DNA of 64,000 nucleotides from Balanoglossus misakiensis (taxonomy: Eukaryota; Animalia; Hemichordata), in the NCBI GenBank assembly GCA_040954595.2, contig CM082590.2:6758001-6822000 (forward strand), in the 5' to 3' direction. Below the pieces are notes generated by a model that saw nothing but the letters and a program-made list of their open reading frames with translations, was not told where the DNA came from and searched no databases. Positions within the stretch are counted from its first letter, which is position 1. Every line of letters begins with the position of its first letter. Both the position numbers and the translations under genes were made by a program. Below are positions 38,246-64,000 of the stretch, one piece after another.

Positions 38246-39759
38246 CTCATCGCAAGGGACTTCAGTTTTGTGTGGACTTTAACCCCTTCACCAACATGGT
38301 TCAGTCCAAATTCCATCGTTTTCTATAGTAAACCTGGACCTCTATATAGGGAACTGGGGGTGAAAGGGTTAAAGGTACACGGTCACCTCCAATTTACATA
38401 TATCCAAAAATGGAGTGTTCTAAAGAACGTATAGTGGTGCTCTTTTTGTGTGTACCACCACTGAAAATCTGTGATTGGCTAGATTTCAGTTTGCCATGGT
38501 AACTGCAGCTAAATTTCCATAGGTGACCGTGTACCTTTAACAGACTGGGTAGTGCAGTGTAACTCAATTTCAAGAGGAGATGTATTTCGATGAACCAATC
38601 AAAACCGAGCTCCTCAAATCATTAACCAATCGGAATGCAGCTTACAAAACGCAGAAGGCAGTCATGGGGAAAAGTGCTCACATTATTAATCTTGACTGTC
38701 GTCTGCTAATGTGATTGTGATGGTCATCTGAGAGATGGATTTACTCAAATTTACTGCTTTTGCAATTATTTGCGAATGGTGTTAATTGCATGATCTTTGA
38801 AGAAATGTTTTTTTTTTAATGTTGCAGCTCAGATTTTGAAGAGAAGTTTGTCAGGAAAAAAATCCCAGTACTTGAATTTTATTGAATTTTAATAGATTGA
38901 ATCACAGACAACTGCTTCATGCTGGACTTCAGACAGATTTGTATCAAATATGTTTTTTATTTAAACGTGTTCGTTTGTTGTGTTATCCTAGCAACATTGC
39001 AAAATTGAAATTCAATTCGCACACAATTCGAAAATGCAAACTTTTGTGAGAGTGTTTTGAAACTGCCAATTATCAATAAAAGAAGTATTGTATTGTATCA
39101 GTATACTCGCCTTCAGTGGAAATCTTTGAGTGTTGGAAAAGATATAGAGAGCTGTGTTTTAACCCTTTCACCCCCATTTTCATGTATACAGGTCCAACAC
39201 TGCCATTGAGAACAATGGAGTTGGACCAAACTATGGCGGTGAAAGGGTTAAAGGTACAGAGGCATCAATTTGAGATGATTTTTCGAAGAACACAAAACTT
39301 AATCGTCACGTGACAATTGCCTCTTTTGATATTGGGAAAATTGCCTGTTGCGAAAATTGCCAGGTTTACAGTATATTGAAATACTGTAAAACACTTTACT
39401 TTCGCGAGCAATAAATTTTCGCGATATATACGAGAGCCATAATAGCTTGAAAATAAAAAGTCATGTACATTTTTTTTTAAGATAACGATGCAGTGAATGA
39501 AATAAGAGAACGCGAAAATTAATACTCGCGAAACAGTGGCCTCTTTCGATATCGCGAACATTTCAACTCACGAAAATAAAGCATTTTACAGTATATAGTA
39601 TATTGAAATAGTTAAAAACAAGCTATTGAATGCATGTGCTGTAGTGTTTGTACAGTGTGCCTATACTAGTAGTGGTACCTGACCTGGGTTTGTATATCAC
39701 TTCGAATTAATATGGGTGTGGTCAGGTTACACTGACCCCTGTATGTGTACATAAGACCT

Positions 39760-40150
39760 GGATGCTCTAAGCACAAACAACAGTATTGAAATGCTGGCCG
39801 GGCAAGCATAGCTCAAAATCCATTTTGTGTGCTGTGGGGATTTTCAGGTGGGGTTTCGATCCCCTCGCGTGACCCCGTCACCCCTATGTCTTTGTTAATG
39901 GAATCAGCCGTACAGCTGAGAACAATGGGGTTGATCCGAAGTGTGGTGATGAAAAGGGTGGACGCACTTAGCACAAACAAGCACATTGAAACGCTGACCA
40001 GGCAAGAGTTCAAAATCCAGTTTGTGTGCTGTGGGGATTTTCAGGTGGGGTTTCGATCCCCTCGCTTGACCCCGTCACCCCCATTTCTTTGTCAATGGAG
40101 TCACCCGTACAGCTGAGAACAATGGGGGTTGATCCATTGTGTGGTGATGA
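39760..40150 (+). repeat. Direct tandem duplication, ~197-bp unit, 2 copies
   Basis: GTGTGCTGTGGGGATTTTCAGGTGGGGTTTCGATCCCCTCGC occurs twice, 197 bp apart. Confidence 0.9.
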
Positions 40151-42050
40151 GGAAGTTCTTAGGGGGGGGGGGGGATGGTCGGCTGATATTATTGATACAG
40201 TTAATAGGTGTCCAGTTTCACCGACCTTCAGCTCGTGGTCAGTCTTTGTGCTGTAATGAGATTATGATGCAGTCGAGCTATTATCAGAACTGAAATACCA
40301 ATGAAAGGAATATTCAGATGCCTATACATTCTGATTGAAAATAAGCATACGTAAAACCCCTGCTAGTGGCCACCCCTATATAGCGGTCACCCCTATATAG
40401 GGGCCACTTTGTTATAGTCCCTGTGCAATTTACATGTACAGTCAAAACTCTGTTAGTGGCCACCCCATTACATTACTTTCCCTGTGCAATTCACATGTGT
40501 GTTAATTAACCTCTATATAATGGTCACCTCTCTATAAAGGCCAGTTTAGGAAAGTCATTTGACTGGCCACTATACAGAGGTTTTACTGTATAGGTATCTG
40601 AACATAAGACCATGCGTAAATGTATGAGGTCTTTCTGCAGGTTACGTTCAACGCCACAGTTAACTTGTCATTTTTCAAAATTTTTCACGAATTTACCTCA
40701 TAACTTTTGGCATATTTTTTTCACAAATTTTGATCAATATCGCAGTCAATGGAAAATTTGTCAATAAGAATACACAAAACAAACCAAAACAATTATGAAA
40801 ATTATTATATAAATATCCCTGGTCTCAGCTTAATTTGTGAGGTACAGGTCAACTCTCTACCCATAAAACCAATTAAAATCCTATGATCTAACCCATAACA
40901 TTAAATGTAGGACAGGACTCAGATTTACAATGGAACTTGAAATATAATACATGTAGTGTCATATACAAGCCAGGGGGATATCTTTGTCACACAGGAAATT
41001 GTCAAATATGCATCTAGCTTCTGATCGTGTCTTCTGAAATATAAATATATTCTGGTAATAACTTCTCTAGAACATAGATAGTTTCCCTTAGAATCTAGCA
41101 GTTGCATGTATCGTACAGTACTTTATTTTCACTGGAATTTATTTTCCCTGAAAACGAAAACTTTGAATATTACATTGTACTTAGATTTTATTTTCAGAAT
41201 TTATTGTCAACTATGTGTAAAGAATAGGAAATGGGATTTTATTTTAGCGGAAAATGGGTCCAGCAAAAATAGTGAATATAAAGTCCTAGTGAAAATTAAG
41301 TACTAGTATTCTGCAAGATTCACGCTGTTTATGAGATACACTTGCACACACGTGCAAGATAAAAATGTATTTCACAGATGGTCTTGTGTCAAAACAAAAA
41401 AATAGAACACTACCATATTTGTGAAAACAAATACTGTAGAAGATGGTATGATTTGATACTGATAACACTGTTGCTATTTTAACCATAGCCTTGAATAAAT
41501 TTGCATAATTAATTAATCTTTTAACCAGGGCCTTGAATAAAGACAATTTGCATAATTATGGATATTATACCATGCAATTATATCTTTGATGTTGGAAACA
41601 TTTTTCATATATATCTGTGCCCAATACATCAAACTCGCTAAAATGAATAATCGGTCTCTATCGTTTATTTTTGCTCTCATATCCTACAAACAGGATGGAA
41701 GTTGTGTGTGGTCGAACGTTGATTCACTTTATATCCACATGTAGAATAACATAAACGGTGTCTTGTATCAAACATAAATAATGAAAAAGGGGCAATGAGA
41801 GAGAGACTGTGTCCCTTTAACATTGATTTCTCTCGTTTGAAACCATCTGTGATTTCACAAAAAAATTTGATGGAATATGAGACCAAGCTAGGTCAGGACT
41901 TGACCTGAATGTCATCGTAGGTCAACCACGGAAAATAGTGTAACGACATAGTACTTTTTTTTCTACATGAATATCTGGGAGTTTGACTTGACTCTCCCCA
42001 AAGAAAAGTTGCCAGGAAACTTGTTATTGTAAATTAAAATCAATTCATGT

Positions 42051-42232
42051 ACAGTAAAACCTGTGTAAACCGAACACCAAAGGGACTACTGAAGAAATTG
42101 TTCAGTTTGCAGAGGTGTCTGGTTTATAGAGGTTCTTTTAACACGTGGTTCTATGTCGAAGGGTCAGGAAAATGTGTTCAGTATAGACAGGTTTCCTGAT
42201 TAGACAGCGTTCGGTTTAGACAGGTTTTACTG
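42051..42232. mobile_element. Tc1/pogo-like MITE (CAGTAAAACCTGT...ACAGGTTTTACTG); fragments near 12035 and 34050-34096
   Basis: TIRs with TA flanks. Confidence 0.75.
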
Positions 42233-45200
42233 TAAATGTTTTTAATTCACAGACACATATGATGGTGGGAAAGTTTTTCTACTAACATCTGACCTGTGCA
42301 TAACTCTTTATCAAAGAAAGTTGAGAGAAAAAACAAAACACTCTAATTTGTATTTGAAGGACTGTACATATACTGGTTACTTAGAAATTGACTTTAGTTT
42401 ACTTAATCCTCAAATTTATTAAAAACACATCTGGTCAACTCCATATTTTTCTCACAAAAAGTTCATAGTATCACCCTTTAATTTCTTCTTTAACCCTTTC
42501 ACCACAATGGTTCAGTCAAAACCCATCGTTTTCTATGGTAAGATTGGACCTCTTTATATGGAACTAGGGGTGGAAGGGTTAAAAGAAGAGAAATAAATTC
42601 TGGTTAAAAGCAATCAGCATTTACAATACATTGGGGGAAAATCTTTTCTGCTGTATGCATAAAAAAAACTTACAGTAAACATGATTTATTTAGATCTCTT
42701 AGGGAATTTTGAACAAACAGAAATTTGATTTTCCACAACCGTTTTAGATCAAACACTCATTCAAACTGAGATTTCTGAAAAGATCTGCAGTGATGGAATT
42801 TGAATGTCACAAACAAATTCTATTGATGCTAAATTTAGTCAAACTCAGGATGGTTGCCCGGAGCAACACGCTTGACACACAAAGAAGTAGAATATATTGA
42901 CAGAAATCATGATGTTATGTACACACACACATGGACATGCCGTGAGAGTTAGCTAGGAGCATGACATGAAGTACAAGTATGTGTCAATTGCTATCACTAT
43001 CAGCCACGCCCAGCTTCAGTCTAAATGGGTAAACAAGTCTATAATTAATTAATGAGAATTATGATTTATTTATAGGTCAAAGTGATCAGCTGCGAATGCT
43101 ATTTTAGTTTCAAGAATGAGTCATTCTACATAAATCTGAAATGTCATGGTTGTATAAATTTAAAATCTCTAGAGCTAAAATTAATAGCTATGATGTGGTT
43201 TAATATTTCTGACTTTAATCAGAATTTTGGAACTTTTAAATTCTCTTACTTGAATATTCTTCACGCTGACCCCAAATTTTTATTCTGAATCTGAGAAAAA
43301 ATAATGTATAGTTTCCATGAGGAAAATATGAGAAAAAGTTGAAAACTTTTATATTCAATGTATCCAGGAGCATTGACCCCCCCCCCCCCCCCCCCCATCA
43401 AAAAATCTTACTCTTATAAGCTCAAAAGTCTAGTAAATTGTGTTGGAATAGCCAAAATCTGTCAATAATTTACTGATTGAACTAATTCTCAAGCACTAAA
43501 CACTAGCTATATGTTTGGGTTGTATTCAATGAGAAAATGCATGAAATCTCCACATGGATGTTTAATATGAAAAGTTGTACATTAACACCATAATCTTGGG
43601 TTACACCCAGCCAGGGTTCAAGGTTCTGTCGAGTATTCGAGGTCAAAATTACTATTTTCCAGTCTTTTGCATGCTCTAATTGCGTATGTTTGCATTTCTG
43701 TCCCATTAGAATCACAAATATGTAACTGTCATTGACATTCTATGATCATTCAACAAATTTTCCACAAATAGCTTCAGGGATTTCAAGTACTGTCCCAGAA
43801 CATGTATTTATCCCAGTATGGAAATATTTCTTCTGGGATGAATTTTTTCCCAATTTGTCCTAGGTTTCATAAAATCCAATTTATGATTAACGAAATTTGG
43901 TTGCAGTGCAGAAATAAACAAACTCGCATCTTTTTATCTTTTGATGAATCAACTGGTATGACCTGACTTTGAAATTAAAATTTAAAGGGACAAAGTCTCT
44001 CTCTCGCTGCCCTTTTTCCATTAACTATGTTTGATACAAGAAACCATTTATGTTATTCTACATGTTGATATATAGTGAATCAACGTTCACCTACACACAA
44101 CTTCCACCCCACTTGCAGACATGACAGTGAAAAACTCGCGAAAATGAATAATCGGTGTTAACTATTTATCCATTTTAGGGAGATTTTTACTCTCATATCC
44201 TACAAACACGAAAAACATAAACACTTGAAAGCATATTAGCGTTGGGAAACTGAAGCTAGCAGAACCACTGAAGTCCATCTCATTAACCAGTTCAGCCTGA
44301 CCAGTTTATGTTTTGACCCAAACTGTCAGTGCGTACAGAAATCAGACAGCCAGACAATGGCGGGGTCAAAGTTCACTTGGGTGTGGTGCCTCACCTGTCG
44401 TTAACCTTGTCAGTGTTGCATGTTGGGTATTCATAATGTCTATCAAGCGTACAAAACAGGTTCATCTAATGTTATTCGGAAATCACACAGCGTGGCATTG
44501 TGGCGTGTAAGGGAAGAACCATTCCATTTCTGGGGTGGGGGAATTTTTTTGGGGGGATTGTTAAAAGATGGCGCAGAAGAAAGAAAGAATTCTTGAATAA
44601 AAATTCTTCTGCAATGCCTTGAGAACAAAAGATTGGCAATATAAAAACGCTGTTGAACAGAGGCTTAAAAATGCTGACCTACCAAAATCTCCCCCCTAGA
44701 AATCAAACGGTTCGCCCCTAACTATAGACCCTATAGATACTATGCCCTTCAGACCATAACGAGAAAATCGAGTTGAATGAGTAAAGTTAACGCATAATAT
44801 TTAACTTGCCAGAACAATATAGAAACGGAACTCGCTTGAAACCTTCACATCCAAGTTTCTCATATAGAGAATGTAAAATTTAGAATGAAATGCTGCGAGT
44901 CTGCCATAACTTTTTTTCTTACACTGCTGTAGTTTTTCTATGGTAGAAATATCAGAATGGCCCCTCCCCCAATATTCATATTGTTTTCTTTATGCCATTG
45001 GACAAACTTTGTCTTTCGGCTCCTTTTATGACAGTTTCAAGGGGATAACCATTTGAATTAGGGGTGGGGTGGTGGTTTTCAATTGCCAATCCACTTTTAT
45101 CCTGAAGGCAATGCAGAAGCATATTTTCTTCCGCACCCATCCACCTGTCAACACCCCCCCCCCCCAGAAAGCACGAAATCAGAAAGTTCTCCAGTTATAC

Positions 45201-46485
45201 GGATTGGCTTTACATGCACTGGATTAGAACGTGTGACAATATAATAATCAGGTTTCAATTAAAAAGCAAAAATTATTACTGCAGTCTAGTTTCTTATCAT
45301 ACTACGTCCACCCAGACATTATAATTTATATATCACTTCGCAAATTTATGAGTTGGTTCTGAAAAAGCGCGATTCTCAAATTGTCCTCGTAATTTATGAG
45401 CAATACGAGCCCCGGGGAGACAGAGAGCGCACGTGGACATGATATGAAAGTTCACGGAAGGTCAACGAGTTATGAAGGGCGTGGTACTTGTCTGGAATCA
45501 TGGCCCAAATCTACCGTTGGCTGCGCTGTATTAATCTGTGACGTAAAACCATCGCAATATACCAGCCGTAGTACTCCGCTTAAAATCATGTCTTGTCTTC
45601 AAAAGTGTTCCCACTTTCTGAATAAACAAAGAGAGAAATGTTGCAACCCTTAAAGGCCATTTTCTCGATCACAGGGCAGAACAATGAAGGCAAATAAGAA
45701 ATCCTTTGTGTTAGCACCTTAACTGTTTATTGGAAACGAAAGATTTGACCCACTGTTGAGAAGGACCTTTAAAGTACATGCACTGTCACCTGTACTGACT
45801 GATACGCGATTTACCGGAGATTACGCTGAACTATAATATAAGCAAAACCTTTCCAACCCTCTCATCAGAAATACGCCCTCCTCCCTCCCCCGGCTACAGA
45901 TACTGATGGGTCCCCGAAAAAACGTCACGGAGAAAGAAATTAAGCGTACATTGCAACCATCAACCTTGGATGCCTGCGTTTGTCAACTTGGTTCGAAGCA
46001 TTCCTGCTAGCCTTAGTGCAAGTGGATGGTACGGGTCACACTCTGTAATGCGCAAACACAAAAAACTAACATGGTAAAAAATATTGACAGATTCCCCTTT
46101 TGGAGTTTATTAATGTCATCCCTTGACTATCATGAGTGCCGGAAAACGGCTTTATAACATTTACATGTAGTTATATACAGTAAATAAACGTCACATACTA
46201 ACTGGAATATACAGTTTCTCTGGTACATGTATATACCTAGAGAGGGTCTATGGTATATATGATTAGGCCCAGGTAAATATCATGATTATAGTCAATGCGA
46301 TAGTATTTCTCTGGACGTCAAAAGACAGAGCTATCTCATATCTCTAGGTTGGCAATGCCCCTGTGAGCTTTATAAATGTATAGATGGATGAATATGCGAA
46401 TGAACGAGTGAATGAATGCGTGGATGAATGAATGAAGGCGAAAGGTCGTTGACGCGTCACATGCCCAGACGAGCGCGTCCCCAGA

Positions 46486-46546
46486 GTTGCTAAGCGACAG
46501 CGCGTACCGATTTGCATAAATCAGACACTACTTACAAATGGCGGCC
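46486..46546 (+). promoter_or_regulatory. RFX X-box-like GTTGCTAAGCGAC plus YY1-like AAATGGCGGC in the CpG-rich promoter region of the WD40 gene
   Basis: Motifs read directly ~0.55 kb upstream of ATG 47079. X-boxes are typical of ciliary gene promoters. Confidence 0.55.
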
Positions 46547-47078
46547 ACCACTGGAGACAAATCCTCTCAATTATTTATAAAGAAATAAGTGGACTATTTG
46601 CCGCTTCAGTTGTCAGCCGTAAGTCGACTTGTAGCTTCTGTGGGATTACACGAGAGTTTAATCGGCTTCTGGGAGAAGACAGAGCGGGTTTGCGCGGAAA
46701 ACGGACGCGGTCGCGGTGTGTTGTGTGTGTGACACATATCGAGATTATCAAAACATCTATCTGGATCCGGGATAGGCGATTAGTTGGAGCTGATTCTGGA
46801 ACTCGGGTAACTTCACAGAAGTGCAAAAACACGGGAAGGATATCAGGATATTTTACTCCAAGTTTGTGGAGTTTTACTTCAGCTGTTTATGTGTGTGTCA
46901 AACATCAACGCTACGTCTGTGAGTTAGCTTGAAAATGGGAGGTAAACTGCAGTGAATTTTGAACACCCAGATACTGTCAGATTGGAACACTGCATGTGGA
47001 GGTTTGAGTTGAGATCTCCAAAGAACTCAATCCCCTAGCCTAACTTCATTAAGATTAAAACGTTCACCACACGAGACA

Positions 47079-63357
<16,279 letters not shown>

Positions 63358-64000
63358 GTAGGGATCTGTTACAATAGAAAGTGTAGTTTCAGTGTGCCCT
63401 CTCAGCCCATATCATTATCCAGAGTTTCCGGTAGTTTTTTCCCCCAAGCGTATGCCATACGCAAGAGGTCAATAAAAATGCGTACGAAGGTGATTTAAAT
63501 GCGTACAATGTATTCATATCACATCCATTAGCAGACTGTTGCAAAACAACGCAAAACACTTCAAATGGCACACATTGTAACCAAAAAGAATTCGAAACAG
63601 ACCAAACAGTTTTTGACGTGATTTTACGTTTACAGACAAATGATCGCTAGACGAAAATTGTTACATTTTATCATGGTCAAGCCTCTGCGCAAATGGTTTG
63701 GAATGTTGCAATTTTATTCAAAACAAGTAAGCGTGCACAAGGTGCTGTCTAGTTTGTTTGATGAGTCTTTTGTTAGCTCGAACTTTCAATGGCGAAAACA
63801 GAGTCAATTTCATTGCGTACGCCAGACGCACTTGTCGGTTCAATATGCGTATAGAAATTTTCCATTGCGTGTATTACGCACATTTTTGCGTAACTGGAAA
63901 CTCTGATTATCCACACTACATGCATACGGCTGACTCAGAGAGAAATTTTATAGAAATCCTCAAAACTTTTAAAAGGATGTTTGTAGTAGGGCTCACTGAG

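Noticed and set aside
39845-39870. GGTTTCGATCCC, resembling a tRNA T-loop / Pol III B box
   Set aside because: No cloverleaf or A box could be built; at most a SINE remnant within a tandem duplication.
38600-46400. Possible hidden gene or autonomous transposase in the TLNRD1-WDR49 interval
   Set aside because: No long ORF or chain of phase-compatible exons with recognisable protein was found. Small exons cannot be excluded by eye.

Overview
Eukaryotic (animal) genomic DNA with spliceosomal GT-AG introns, microsatellites and many short non-autonomous DNA transposons. Gene content and style suggest a marine invertebrate, plausibly a deuterostome such as a hemichordate (inference only). Six protein-coding genes were reconstructed by hand: (1) a 5-exon secreted BRICHOS-domain precursor (minus, 513-2542) whose last exon, missed by the ORF track, encodes a Trp-rich, cationic, 4-Cys beta-hairpin-like peptide; (2) Sin3 co-repressor (plus, 21 coding exons, 11261-29595, with a probable non-coding first exon near 5.2 kb); (3) MESD/boca LRP chaperone (minus, 3 exons); (4) intronless TLNRD1, head-to-head with MESD; (5) the 5' part of a WDR49/CFAP337-like EF-hand + WD40 gene running off the window end; (6) a RING-less B-box/coiled-coil/filamin/NHL TRIM-like gene nested antisense in intron 1 of the WD40 gene and bracketed by two inverted copies of one MITE. 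Best novelty candidates are the BRICHOS-chaperoned peptide, the MITE-bracketed nested TRIM-NHL gene, and repeated duplications of Sin3 splice-site regions. No CRISPR, rRNA or convincing tRNA genes were seen. Repeat coordinates are hand-read and may be off by a few bases.
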